Of a DNA stretch of 64,000 nt, positions 45,686-55,376 are shown piece by piece (the stretch's first letter is position 1; each line of letters starts with the position of its first letter). Origin of the DNA: Planctomycetota bacterium. Its GTDB lineage: Bacteria; Planctomycetota; UBA1135; UBA2386. Both the position numbers and the translations under genes were made by a program. The stretch covers positions 5,760,001 through 5,824,000 of the forward strand of contig OZ245006.1 of assembly GCA_965223545.1 (NCBI GenBank), in the 5' to 3' direction. The notes below the pieces were generated by a model, which saw only the letters and a list, made by a program, of their open reading frames with translations, was not told where the DNA came from and searched no databases.

Positions 45686-47788
45686 ATGGACAGCCGCTAC
45701 CGCGAGGGCGAAGCGCGCGAATGTATGGAGCGCTATGGCGCCCGCTGGGGCGAGGATCTGGCGCAACGCATCTACACCGCGCGGCTGCTCGGTGCCGACG
45801 CCAAGCTCGTGCTGCACGGCGGCGGCAACACGTCGGTCAAGACCGCGCAGCCGTCGGTGTTCGGCGAGCCGCTCGAGGTGCTCTGCGTCAAAGGCAGTGG
45901 ACACGATCTGGCGCGGATTGGTCCCGACGGTTTGCCGGCGTTGGAGCTCGAGCCGCTGCGCCGGCTGCAGTCACTGGCGACGCTGTCGGATGCGGAGATG
46001 GTCAACCAGGTGCGGGGCCGCTTGCTCGACGCGACCGCACCCAACCCGTCGATCGAGACCCTGCTGCACGCGTTCTTGCCGCACAAGTTCGTCGACCACA
46101 CCCACGCCGACGCGGTCTTGGAGCTGACCAACCAGCCGCGTGCCCAAGACCTTCTCAACGAGGTGTACGGTGAGCGGGTCGCCGTGTTGCCGTGGATCAT
46201 GCCCGGCTTCCCGCTCGCGCGGGCGGTGCTCGAGGCCTGGCAGCAGCAGCCCGACTGCGAGGGCGTGGTGCTCATGCAGCACGGGCTCTTGACCTTTGGG
46301 GAGACCGCGCGCGAGAGCTACGAGCGCATGGTCGGGCTCGTCGACTTGGCCGAGCGGTTCGTCGACGCAGCGCAGCCTTCCGCGCCGCCCGCGGCGACGG
46401 GGGCGCCGCCTGCGGCGGCGCGCGCGCGGGCCGCCGCGGTGCTGCCGGTGGTGCGCGGCGCGTTGGCGCACGCCGCCGACGGGCGCTTGGGAACGCGCCA
46501 CCGCCGCCTGGTCGGCGTCTGGCGCGGGGCGGCCGACCTGGTCGAGATCTCGTCGCGGTCGACGACCCCGGAGCGCGTCCGGCGCGGTCCGTTGACGCCG
46601 GACCACGTGATCCGCACGCGGCCGCGCTACCTGTACCTCGACGGGGATGCCGCCGCCGATCCGGCCGCTTGCCGGGCGGCGGTGGCCGGCTTTGCCGAGG
46701 ATTACCGCCGCTACTACGACGAGCACGCGACCGCCGTCGGCGCCGACGCGCCGATGATGGACCCGGAGCCGCGGGTCGTCGTGGTCGAGGGCTGCGGCGT
46801 GCTGGCGTTTGGCGAGGACGTCGCCGCCGCCGGCATCGCGGGCGACATCGCCGAGCAGACGCTGCGCTCGATCGAGCGCGCCTGCGCCGTCGGTGACTAC
46901 CAGCCGCTGCCGCCGGCGGCGCTGTTCGAGATCGAATACTGGGGACTCGAGCTGTACAAGCTGCGCGACCGAGTGGCGTCCGCGCTGAGTGGTCAGGTCG
47001 CGCTGGTGACCGGCGCCGCCGGCGCGATCGGCGCCGGCATCGCGGGCGAGTTGCTCGCCGCCGGCGCGCACGTCGTGATCAGCGATCTGGACGGCGAGCG
47101 TCTGGCGCGCGTCGAGGCGCGGCTGGCGGCCGAGCACGCAAACGCGCGGATCGTCGCGGTGACCGCCGACCAGACCGACGGCGCGCAGGTGGCGGCGATG
47201 TTCGAGGCCGCGGTGATGGCGTTCGGCGGTGTCGACGTGGTGGTGCCCAACGCCGGCATCGCGCACGTCTCGACCTTGGGTGACATGGATCGCGCCGCGT
47301 TCGAGCGGGTGATGGCGGTCAACACCACCGGCACGATGCTGGTCTTACGCGAGGCGGCGCGGGTGTTCGGCGCGCAACGGACTGGCGGTGCCGTCGTCGT
47401 GCAGAGCAGCAAGAACGTGTTCGACCCCGGTGCCGGCTTCGGCGCCTACTCGGCCAGCAAAGCCGCCGCCCACCAGCTCGGCAAGGTCGCCGCGCTCGAG
47501 CTGGCGCCGCTCGGCGTGCGCGTCAATATGGTCAACGCCGACGCCGTGTTCGGCGACGACGAGGTGCCGAGCGGCCTGTGGGCCGAGGTCGGCCCCGACC
47601 GCATGCGTGCCCGCGGGTTGGACCCCGAGGGGTTGCGCGCGTTCTACCGCGACCGCAGCCTGCTCAAGCAGACCGTGCTGCCGGCGCATGTCGGTCAGGC
47701 GGTGGTGTTCTTCGCCGCCGGGCTGACGCCGACCACGGGAGCGACGTTGCCGGTCGACGCCGGGGTCGCGGGGGCGTTCCCGCGGTGA
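45686..47788 (+). CDS. Bifunctional class II aldolase / short-chain dehydrogenase (RhaEW/YuxG-like)
   Basis: LVLHGGGNTSVK, PSIETLLH, HTHAD, TPDHVIRT, EYWxLE, TGAAGAIG, YSASK. Confidence 0.93.
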   Translation: MDSRYREGEARECMERYGARWGEDLAQRIYTARLLGADAKLVLHGGGNTSVKTAQPSVFGEPLEVLCVKGSGHDLARIGPDGLPALELEPLRRLQSLATLSDAEMVNQVRGRLLDATAPNPSIETLLHAFLPHKFVDHTHADAVLELTNQPRAQDLLNEVYGERVAVLPWIMPGFPLARAVLEAWQQQPDCEGVVLMQHGLLTFGETARESYERMVGLVDLAERFVDAAQPSAPPAATGAPPAAARARAAAVLPVVRGALAHAADGRLGTRHRRLVGVWRGAADLVEISSRSTTPERVRRGPLTPDHVIRTRPRYLYLDGDAAADPAACRAAVAGFAEDYRRYYDEHATAVGADAPMMDPEPRVVVVEGCGVLAFGEDVAAAGIAGDIAEQTLRSIERACAVGDYQPLPPAALFEIEYWGLELYKLRDRVASALSGQVALVTGAAGAIGAGIAGELLAAGAHVVISDLDGERLARVEARLAAEHANARIVAVTADQTDGAQVAAMFEAAVMAFGGVDVVVPNAGIAHVSTLGDMDRAAFERVMAVNTTGTMLVLREAARVFGAQRTGGAVVVQSSKNVFDPGAGFGAYSASKAAAHQLGKVAALELAPLGVRVNMVNADAVFGDDEVPSGLWAEVGPDRMRARGLDPEGLRAFYRDRSLLKQTVLPAHVGQAVVFFAAGLTPTTGATLPVDAGVAGAFPR

Positions 47789-48741
47789 CCGCCGAGGCCG
47801 CGATCGAGGTCGCCGACCTGCACAAGGTGTACGGCAGTGGCGCCAACGCGGTGCACGCCGTGCGCGGCCTCGATCTCACCGTACCGCGTGGTGTGGTGTT
47901 CGGCCTGCTCGGCCCCAACGGCGCCGGCAAGACGACGACGGTGGAGATCTGCGAGGGCCTGTCCAAGCCGACCTCGGGGTCGGTGCGCGTGCTCGGCTGC
48001 ACGTGGGGCCGCGGCGACGACCTCGCGCTGCGCCAGCGGCTCGGGGTGACCCTGCAGGAGACCCGCTTCTTCGAGAAGCAGACCGTGCGCGAGCTGATCG
48101 CGCTGTTCCACAGCTTCTACGATCGCGGCCGCTCGGTGGACGAGTGCATCGACGCTCTCCAGCTCGGCGAGAAAGCGAATGCCCGCACCAAGGACCTCTC
48201 GGGTGGGCAGCGTCAGCGGTTGGCGATCGCCTGCGCCCTGGTCGGCGAACCCGAGCTGCTGTTTCTGGACGAGCCGACCACCGGTCTCGACCCGCAGTCG
48301 CGCCGCCAGCTCTGGGATGTGATTCTGCAGTTTCGGCAAGCCGGCGGCTCGGTGTTGCTGACGACGCACTACATGGAAGAGGCCGAGCAGCTGTGCGACG
48401 CGGTGGCGATCGTCGACCACGGTGCCTGCATCGCGCGCGGTACGCCGGCCGAGCTGGTGGCGTCGGTCGGTGGCGACCACGTCGTCGAGGTCCGCGCTGC
48501 CGGCCTCGAGGCCGCCGTCGACGAGGCCGCGCTGGCGCGGCTGCCGGGGGTGCGCGGCGTGCGGCGCGACGGCGACGTCGCCGTGCTGACCGTGCAGGCA
48601 GTGCACCGCGCCGTGCCGTCGCTGCTGCAGGAGATCGCCACCGCCGGCCTCGAGCTGGATGGGTTGGCGACCCGCCACACTTCGCTCGAGGACGTGTTCG
48701 TGCAACTGACCGGTCGCCACTTGCGCGAGGGGGAGGCGTGA
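47785..48741 (+). CDS. ABC transporter ATP-binding protein (DrrA-like)
   Basis: GPNGAGKTT, LSGGQRQR, LDEPTTGLDP, TTHYMEEAE. Confidence 0.96.
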   Translation: MTAEAAIEVADLHKVYGSGANAVHAVRGLDLTVPRGVVFGLLGPNGAGKTTTVEICEGLSKPTSGSVRVLGCTWGRGDDLALRQRLGVTLQETRFFEKQTVRELIALFHSFYDRGRSVDECIDALQLGEKANARTKDLSGGQRQRLAIACALVGEPELLFLDEPTTGLDPQSRRQLWDVILQFRQAGGSVLLTTHYMEEAEQLCDAVAIVDHGACIARGTPAELVASVGGDHVVEVRAAGLEAAVDEAALARLPGVRGVRRDGDVAVLTVQAVHRAVPSLLQEIATAGLELDGLATRHTSLEDVFVQLTGRHLREGEA

Positions 48742-49766
48742 GGCAGCGGGTCGTGCGCGAGCTCGTGCTCACCACGCTGCGCGAGTTCCTGCGCTCGCGC
48801 GAGGCGGTGTTCTGGACCTACGGCTTTCCGGTGTTGATGGCGGTGGTGTTGGGGCTGGCGTTCTCGCGCGACGCGCCCGAGCCGCTGCGCGTCGCGGTCG
48901 TCGGCGCGCCGGCGGAGACCCTCGAGCTGCTGCGCGAGGCCGGTGGGCTGGAAGTGCGCTCGCTGGCAGCGGAGGAGGCCGAGCAGGCTCTGGCGTCGGC
49001 GTCGACCGACTTGATCGTCACCGGGCCTGCCGATGCACCGGTGCTGACGCGCGATCCGGTGCGCGTCGAGTCGCGCCTGGCCTATGCCGAGGTCGACGGT
49101 CTGCTGCAGCGGAGCGCCGGCCGGGCGGATCCCGTGCCGGTCGTGGAGGGCGAGCTCGGCGGCTCCTTCGAGCGCTACATCGACCTGCTGATCCCCGGCC
49201 TGATCGGGCTCAACCTGCTCGGTGCCGGCCTTTGGGGCATCGGCTTCAACCTGGTCGACATGCGTGCCAAGCATTTGCTGCGGCGGCTGGTCGTCGCGCC
49301 GATGCTGCGCGCCGAGTTCCTGCTGGCGTTCTTGCTGTCACGCTTGGGGTTGGTGGTGATCGACGCGCTGTTGATCCTCGCCTTCGGCATGCTGGCGTTC
49401 GATGTGCCGGTGCGCGGTTCGTGGGTGCTGCTGGTCGCGGTGATCGCGCTGAGTGCGACGGCGTTCACCGGTGTCGGCCTGCTGGTCGCGGCGCGGCCCC
49501 GCACCATCGAGGGTGTCGCCGGCATCATGAACCTCGTGTCGATGCCGATGTGGCTGTTGTGCGGCAGCTTCTTCAAGACGTCGTACTTCCCCGACTTCGT
49601 CCAGCCGCTGGTGCAGATCTTGCCGCTGACGCACGCCAACGACGCGCTGCGTGCGGTGATGCTGCAGGGTGCCGGCGTGGCCGAGATCTGGCCGCAGCTG
49701 GCCTATCTCGGCGGCTTCGCGGTGGCGATGTTCGCCGCTGCGCTGCGTTGGTTCCGCTGGGTCTGA
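48738..49766 (+). CDS. ABC-2 type exporter permease
   Basis: RYIDLLIPGLIG, LRRLxxxP, PLTHANDALR. Confidence 0.93.
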   Translation: MRQRVVRELVLTTLREFLRSREAVFWTYGFPVLMAVVLGLAFSRDAPEPLRVAVVGAPAETLELLREAGGLEVRSLAAEEAEQALASASTDLIVTGPADAPVLTRDPVRVESRLAYAEVDGLLQRSAGRADPVPVVEGELGGSFERYIDLLIPGLIGLNLLGAGLWGIGFNLVDMRAKHLLRRLVVAPMLRAEFLLAFLLSRLGLVVIDALLILAFGMLAFDVPVRGSWVLLVAVIALSATAFTGVGLLVAARPRTIEGVAGIMNLVSMPMWLLCGSFFKTSYFPDFVQPLVQILPLTHANDALRAVMLQGAGVAEIWPQLAYLGGFAVAMFAAALRWFRWV

Positions 49767-49782
49767 GACCAGCGGGTCCGTC

Positions 49783-49998
49783 TCACCGACCGGAGGGCGG
49801 GCACGGCTGGCATTGCGGCGGGCACGGCACCGGCGTGCACTTCGAAGGCGGGCAAACTGTCGGCGGACACTGCGAAGGCGGGCACTGCGGCGCCGGCTGG
49901 CTGCAGCACGGCGGGCAGCAGTCCAGTGTGCCGCCGCCGGCGGCTGGCGCGGCGAAGGCGAGCAGGACGGGGAAGGTCAGCGTCAGAATCGCGTTCAT
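49783..49998 (-). CDS. Secreted Cys/Pro-rich mini-protein (71 aa, 11 Cys; metallothionein-like candidate)
   Basis: GGAG RBS, signal-like MNAILTLTFPVLLAFAAPAA, then CCPPCC and CPPxx repeats; own ECF-type promoter. Confidence 0.75.
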   Translation of the reverse strand: MNAILTLTFPVLLAFAAPAAGGGTLDCCPPCCSQPAPQCPPSQCPPTVCPPSKCTPVPCPPQCQPCPPSGR

Positions 49999-50036
49999 GG
50001 TTTTTGACTCCACGGTCGTTGGTCAGAGAACGCTGC

Positions 50037-50067
50037 TTTGGACACCCGTGCGCTCGACGTGCATTCC
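50037..50067 (-). promoter_or_regulatory. ECF-sigma-type promoter GGAAT-N18-TGTCCAAA upstream of the Cys-rich mini-protein
   Basis: Same motif and spacing as 51581-51611. Confidence 0.7.
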
Positions 50068-50083
50068 GCGCTCGGGCGCAGAA

Positions 50084-50524
50084 TCACTCCTGCTCGCGCA
50101 GCAGATCGGCGGGGCCACCGCAGCTGCGCAGCAAGGTCGCGATCTGTTCGTCGTTGAGCACGGCGCGCACGCGCAGCACGGTCTCGACGGAGTTGAGCAG
50201 GCAGCGCGCCTGCAGCTCGCCGATCTCGGCCGCCAGCCGCCGGCTGCGCTCGGGGTCGAGGCTGGCGCGCGTCAGGGCCGTGCTCAGCTCTTGGCGCAGT
50301 GCGGCCAAGTCTTCGCGCAGCACCGAGCGCTCCGAGCAGCAGTTGGCGCAGTCCTCTTCGAGCGCGGTGCGCTGCGCCGGGGTCAGCTCGAGAGCGGCGA
50401 TGTCGGGAGCCGGCGCGGCGGGGGGTCGGTCGGCCCCGTCGCCGGAAACCCACTGCAACGCGTTGAGCAGCAGGCTGCAGCACAGCGCGCCGAGCAGGGC
50501 GCAGGTGGAGAGTCGGAGCGTCAT
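50084..50524 (-). CDS. Periplasmic Spy/CpxP/CnrX-like (heavy-metal sensor) protein with CxxCC
   Basis: SLLLN anchor, LTPAQ and LNDEQ (LTxxQ) motifs, coiled coil, DCANCC; ATGA overlap with the anti-sigma gene. Confidence 0.8.
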   Translation of the reverse strand: MTLRLSTCALLGALCCSLLLNALQWVSGDGADRPPAAPAPDIAALELTPAQRTALEEDCANCCSERSVLREDLAALRQELSTALTRASLDPERSRRLAAEIGELQARCLLNSVETVLRVRAVLNDEQIATLLRSCGGPADLLREQE

Positions 50525-50967
50525 CGTCGTTCTTTCAACAGTGCGTCGATCAAGCGGGCTTCGGGCGGCCAGCGCACGCTGGTGGCGTCGCGCAGCACGA
50601 GGCCGGGATCGAGATGGGTGAGGGGTGCGGGCCACTCCGGCGTCGCTTCGGGCGTGCGCGGCGTGGCGGCGGCGACGCCGAGTGCGGCCGTCGCGGTGAG
50701 CAGGGCACCGGCGGCAATCGCCGTCAGCTGCCGCAGGTGTGCGTGCCGGCGGCGTGCGCGGTTGCGCGCGAACAGCGCGCCGAGGTCTTGCGCCGGTGCG
50801 CGGGTCCGGCGCAGTGGCGCCAGTCGGTCGTGCAGGTGGCGGAGGCCCGCCCTCGCCGCCGCGCACGGCGCGCAGGTGGCGACGTGTTGGTCCAGCGCGG
50901 CGCCCTCGGCAATGGGCAGCTCGCCGTCGAATGCAGCCGAGAGCTGCGCGAATCGATCACATTCCAT
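50521..50967 (-). CDS. Zinc-finger (zf-HC2) anti-sigma factor
   Basis: C...LSAAFDGEL...HVATCAPC plus one TM segment. Confidence 0.9.
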   Translation of the reverse strand: MECDRFAQLSAAFDGELPIAEGAALDQHVATCAPCAAARAGLRHLHDRLAPLRRTRAPAQDLGALFARNRARRRHAHLRQLTAIAAGALLTATAALGVAAATPRTPEATPEWPAPLTHLDPGLVLRDATSVRWPPEARLIDALLKERR

Positions 50968-51553
50968 GGCGACTCCGGGTCAGTGAGGCCGCCGGCGGCG
51001 CGGGGTGCTCGCGCAGCGGTTCGGTGTGGCGCAGGAGCGCGGCCCGCGCGCGTGACAGCCGCGACATCACGGTTCCCGCCGGCACCTCGAGCGCGGCCGC
51101 GATGTCGTCGTAGCTCAGCCCCTCGATCTCGCGCAGAACCAGCACGGCGCGGTGCTCCGGACTCAGCTGCTGCAGGGCGCGATCCAGCGCCTCGCGGTCC
51201 TCGGCCGCATCCAGCCCGGCCTCGGGGCCGCCGCCGTCGGCCGCCGGCTCGTGCTCGCCGAGCCGGAGCACGCGGGCCGCGTGCCGGCTCCGCCGCCGGC
51301 GGAAGTTCAGCGCGTGGTTGACGGTCAACCGGTAGACCCAAGTCGAGAACCGGCTCCGGCCGGAGAACTCGCGCGCCTTGTCCAAGATCCTCAGCAGCAC
51401 CTCTTGCATGGCGTCCTCGGCGTCGGCGGGCTGGCCGAGCAGACCGAGGCACGTCCGGTAGATGGGGTCCGCGAAGGCGTCGTGGAGCGCAGCCAGAGCG
51501 TCCACGTCGCCCCGCTTGCAGCGCGCCACTTCGGTTGCGTCGAGATCGATCAG
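50957..51553 (-). CDS. ECF RNA polymerase sigma-70 factor (start probably the CTG at 51553)
   Basis: DAEDAMQE, FSTWVYRLTVN, LREIEGLSYDDIA, GTVMSRLSRAR; GGAGG at 51564-51568. Confidence 0.93.
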   Translation of the reverse strand: MIDLDATEVARCKRGDVDALAALHDAFADPIYRTCLGLLGQPADAEDAMQEVLLRILDKAREFSGRSRFSTWVYRLTVNHALNFRRRRSRHAARVLRLGEHEPAADGGGPEAGLDAAEDREALDRALQQLSPEHRAVLVLREIEGLSYDDIAAALEVPAGTVMSRLSRARAALLRHTEPLREHPAPPAASLTRSRHGM

Positions 51554-51580
51554 CGTGGTCGAGCCTCCGTCGGGCCAGCG

Positions 51581-51611
51581 TTTCGACAGCGGCGACCCTC
51601 CCGGGAATTCC
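51581..51611 (-). promoter_or_regulatory. ECF-sigma-type autoregulatory promoter GGAAT-N18-TGTCGAAA
   Basis: Matches 50037-50067; lies just upstream of the sigma gene RBS. Confidence 0.7.
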
Positions 51612-51747
51612 AGCCGAAAGCGCAAATCCAACAGGATGCGGGATCTGCGGCCGGATGTGGTGAAATCTGCCGCGTGACCAGTTGCGAGACCTCGGGGGGC
51701 ACGGGCCCCTTCCACGCGATCGCCTCATCCCGGCCCGGGGGGCGGCG

Positions 51748-53298
51748 ATGACCAGTCCGATGGACCGTCTGGCGGCGATGCGGGAACGCTCCCTGCAGGG
51801 CGGCGGCGAGAAGCGCGTCGAAGCGCAGCACGCGCGCGGCAAGCTGACCGCCCGCGAGCGGATCGACCTGCTCGTCGACGCGGGATCGTTCACCGAGATC
51901 GACCGCTTCGTCACCCATCGCTGCCGCGACTTCGGCATGGACGCGCCCGAGAACAAGATCCTGGGCGACGGCGTGGTCACCGGCTCGGCGCGCATCGACG
52001 GCCGGCCGGTCTATCTGTTCAGTCAGGACTTCACCGTGTTCGGTGGATCGCTGTCGGAGACCCACGCCGCCAAGATCTGCAAGGTGATGGATCTGGCGAT
52101 GAAGATGGGGGTGCCGGTCATCGGGCTGAACGATTCCGGCGGCGCGCGCATCCAGGAGGGTGTGGTGTCCCTCGGCGGTTACGCCGACATCTTTCTGCGC
52201 AACACGCTGGCGTCCGGCGTGGTGCCGCAGATCAGCGCGATCATGGGGCCGTGCGCCGGCGGCGCGGTGTACTCGCCGGCGATCACCGACTTCGTGATGA
52301 TGGTCGAGGGCTCGAGCTTCTTGCACATCACCGGCCCCGACGTCGTCAAGACGGTGACCCACGAGGACGTCACCTCCGAAGAGCTCGGCGGCGCGCGCGT
52401 GCACAGCCAGGTCAGCGGCGTGGCGCACTTCACCAGCGCCGACGACGCGAGCTGCCTGCGGCTCTTGCGCGAGCTGCTGAGCTACCTGCCGCTCAACAAC
52501 GCCGAGGACCCGCCGTTCCGCGCCACCGAGGACGATCCCGACCGGCGCGAGGCCAAGCTCGACGGCATCGTGCCGGCCAACAGCAATCAGCCGTACGACA
52601 TGCGCGACGTGGTCCGCCTCATCGTCGATGACGGGCGGTTGCTCGAGGTGCAGGAGAAGTTTGCCCGCAACCTGCTGATCGGTTTCGCGCGCCTCGGCGG
52701 ACACGTCGTCGGCGTGATCGGCAACCAGCCGGCGCACCTGGCCGGCGTGCTCGACATCTCGGCTTCGCTGAAGGGCGCGCGCTTCATTCGCTTCTGCGAC
52801 GCGTTCAACATCCCCCTCGTCACCTTCGAGGACGTCCCCGGCTTCCTGCCCGGCAAGGACCAGGAGCACGGTGGCATCATCACGCACGGCGCCAAGCTGC
52901 TGTATGCCTACTGCGAAGCCACCGTGCCCAAGCTGACGGTGATCACCCGCAAGGCCTACGGCGGTGCCTACGACGTGATGTCGAGCAAGCACATCCGCGG
53001 CGACGTCAACCTGGCCTGGCCGTCGGCCGAGATCGCGGTGATGGGCGCCGAGGGCGCGGCGAAGATCGTGTTCCGCAAGGAGATCGCCGCCGCCGACGAC
53101 AAGGCGGCCGCCGAGGCCGAGCTGGTCGCCGGCTACAAGGAGAAGTTCTACAACCCGTATCTCGCGGCGGCGCGCGGCTACATCGACGACGTCATCGAGC
53201 CCAAGGAGACCCGGCCGACGCTGATCCGCGCACTCGAGCTGTGCGGTCGCAAGCGCGACCGCAACCCGGCCAAGAAGCACGGCAACATCCCCCTGTGA
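51748..53298 (+). CDS. pccB: Acyl-CoA (propionyl-CoA) carboxylase carboxyltransferase subunit
   Basis: [53 protein letters not shown]. Confidence 0.95.
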   Translation: MTSPMDRLAAMRERSLQGGGEKRVEAQHARGKLTARERIDLLVDAGSFTEIDRFVTHRCRDFGMDAPENKILGDGVVTGSARIDGRPVYLFSQDFTVFGGSLSETHAAKICKVMDLAMKMGVPVIGLNDSGGARIQEGVVSLGGYADIFLRNTLASGVVPQISAIMGPCAGGAVYSPAITDFVMMVEGSSFLHITGPDVVKTVTHEDVTSEELGGARVHSQVSGVAHFTSADDASCLRLLRELLSYLPLNNAEDPPFRATEDDPDRREAKLDGIVPANSNQPYDMRDVVRLIVDDGRLLEVQEKFARNLLIGFARLGGHVVGVIGNQPAHLAGVLDISASLKGARFIRFCDAFNIPLVTFEDVPGFLPGKDQEHGGIITHGAKLLYAYCEATVPKLTVITRKAYGGAYDVMSSKHIRGDVNLAWPSAEIAVMGAEGAAKIVFRKEIAAADDKAAAEAELVAGYKEKFYNPYLAAARGYIDDVIEPKETRPTLIRALELCGRKRDRNPAKKHGNIPL

Positions 53299-53303
53299 CC
53301 GGC

Positions 53304-54815
53304 ATGTCGACTCCCTCCACCGAGGCGTCCTTTCGGCGCCTGTTGATCGCCAACCGCGGCGAGATCGCGCTGCGGGTGCAGCGCACCGCGCAGGAGCTGG
53401 GCATCGAGACGGTGGCGGTGTTCTCCGACGCCGACCGCAACGCCCTGCACGTGCGGCGCGCCGACTATGCTGCCCGCATCGGCCCGCCGGCGCCGTCGCA
53501 GAGCTATCTGCGGATCGAGGCGCTGCTCGAGGCCGCCGCGCGGCACGACTGCGACGCCGTCCACCCCGGCTACGGCTTCCTCGCCGAGAACGCGCCGTTT
53601 GCCCGCGCCTGCGCCGACGCCGGCATCACCTTCATCGGCCCGCCGCCGCGCGCGATCGAGCTGATGGGTGACAAGGTCGCGGCGCGCCGCGTCGCCGCCG
53701 AGGCGGGCGTGCCACTGGTGCCCGGCCTCAAGGACGAGGTGCGGGACGCCAGCGCGCTGCTCGAGGCCGCCGCCGGCATCGGCTATCCGGTGATGCTCAA
53801 GGCGGCCGCCGGGGGTGGTGGCAAGGGCATCCGCATCGTCGAGCGCGAGGCCGACCTCGCGGCGGCGATGCGCATGGCGCAGGCCGAGGCGGAGAGCGCG
53901 TTCGGCGACGGCCGCGTCTACCTCGAGAAGCTGCTGGTGCGCCCGCGCCACGTCGAGATCCAGGTCATGGTCGATCGGGAAGGCAACGCGGTGCACTACG
54001 GCGAGCGCGAGTGCTCGGTGCAGCGCCGCCACCAAAAGCTGGTCGAAGAATCGCCTTGCCCGGTCCTGAGCCCGGAGATGCGCGCGCGCATGGGCGAGGC
54101 CGCATGCCAGCTCGCGCTGGCGGTGGGCTACGAAGGCGCCGGCACGGTGGAGTTCTTGTTGTCCGGCGGCGAGTTCTACTTCTTGGAGATGAACACGCGC
54201 CTGCAGGTTGAGCACCCGGTCACCGAGATGTGCTACGGCGTCGATCTCGTGCGCGAGCAGATCCGCGTCGCCGCCGGTGCTCGGGCGGCGCCGGCGCCCG
54301 AGCCGCACGGCCACGCCATCGAAATCCGGCTCAACGCGGAGGACCCGGACACGTTCTTTCCGTCGCTGGGCCGCATCGTCCGGCTCAATCTCCCCGGTGG
54401 CCCCGGTGTGCGCATCGACGCAGCACTCTACCGCGGCCTCGAGGTCACGCCGCACTACGACAGCATGCTCGGCAAGCTGATCGTGCACGCCGCCGACCGC
54501 GAGCAGGCGATCGCCCGCGCCGAGCGCGCGCTGCGCGAGCTGCGCATCGTCGGCGTCGCCACATCGGTGCCGGTGGCGCTGGACGTGCTGCGCAGCGAGG
54601 CGTTCCGCTCCGGCGACTACGACACCGGCATCGCGGCCGGGCTGGACCGGACCATGGACGAGCGCGACGCCGAGCTGGTCTCGCTGGCCGCCGCCGTCGC
54701 CCGCTTCCGAGGTGCCGAGCGCACCGTCGAGTCGGGTGCCACCCACCAGCCCGGCTCTGCGCACCCGTGGCGGCTGATCGATCGGTTGGAGCGGCTGGGA
54801 GGACGGCTGCGATGA
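53304..54815 (+). CDS. Biotin carboxylase subunit
   Basis: LIANRGEIA, HPGYGFLAEN, GGGGKG, RECSVQRRHQK, EMNTRLQVEHPVTE. Confidence 0.96.
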   Translation: MSTPSTEASFRRLLIANRGEIALRVQRTAQELGIETVAVFSDADRNALHVRRADYAARIGPPAPSQSYLRIEALLEAAARHDCDAVHPGYGFLAENAPFARACADAGITFIGPPPRAIELMGDKVAARRVAAEAGVPLVPGLKDEVRDASALLEAAAGIGYPVMLKAAAGGGGKGIRIVEREADLAAAMRMAQAEAESAFGDGRVYLEKLLVRPRHVEIQVMVDREGNAVHYGERECSVQRRHQKLVEESPCPVLSPEMRARMGEAACQLALAVGYEGAGTVEFLLSGGEFYFLEMNTRLQVEHPVTEMCYGVDLVREQIRVAAGARAAPAPEPHGHAIEIRLNAEDPDTFFPSLGRIVRLNLPGGPGVRIDAALYRGLEVTPHYDSMLGKLIVHAADREQAIARAERALRELRIVGVATSVPVALDVLRSEAFRSGDYDTGIAAGLDRTMDERDAELVSLAAAVARFRGAERTVESGATHQPGSAHPWRLIDRLERLGGRLR

Positions 54816-55327
54816 AGTACTTCACGCGAATCGGTGGCGTCGAGCGCAGCTACGAGCTGCGCCGGCGCGGCGCGGTGATCCTGGTGCGCTGCGGCGACCG
54901 CGAGCACGAGGTCGACGTGTCGATGATCGGCGACGGCTCGGCGGTGTCTCTCTTGGTCGACGGCCGCTCCCACGACTGCGTGATCGAGACGGTCGACGGC
55001 GGCCTGGTCGTGCAGTACCGCGGCGCGCGCACGCCGGTCGAGGTGCTCGACGAGCGCGAGCGCGCGGCGGTCGACGTCTCCGGTGCCCGTCAGTCGGCGG
55101 TGCAGGAGGTCGTCGCGGTGATGCCCGGCGTGGTCGTCGAGCTGATGGTCGCCGAGGGCGACACCGTCGAGGCCGGTCAGGTGCTGGCCGTCCTCGAGGC
55201 GATGAAGATGCAGAACCCACTGCAGGCCGAGGCCGGCGGCGTGGTCACGCACGTGGCCGTTGCCGCGGGGGATGCGGTGGCGGGTGGGGCGCTGCTGCTG
55301 CGGATCGAGCCGCCGGCGTCCGCGTGA
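54812..55327 (+). CDS. Biotin carboxyl carrier protein
   Basis: EAMKMQN biotinylation motif. Confidence 0.95.
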   Translation: MKYFTRIGGVERSYELRRRGAVILVRCGDREHEVDVSMIGDGSAVSLLVDGRSHDCVIETVDGGLVVQYRGARTPVEVLDERERAAVDVSGARQSAVQEVVAVMPGVVVELMVAEGDTVEAGQVLAVLEAMKMQNPLQAEAGGVVTHVAVAAGDAVAGGALLLRIEPPASA

Positions 55328-55329
55328 CT

Positions 55330-55349
55330 GGGGCTGCCCCTGGTTTTTT
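55330..55349 (+). terminator. Possible weak intrinsic terminator after the carboxylase operon
   Basis: GGGG-CTG-CCCC stem followed by a T6 tract. Confidence 0.4.
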
Positions 55350-55376
55350 GCGCGCGAAAGCGCTGGTTGCGCGGGA

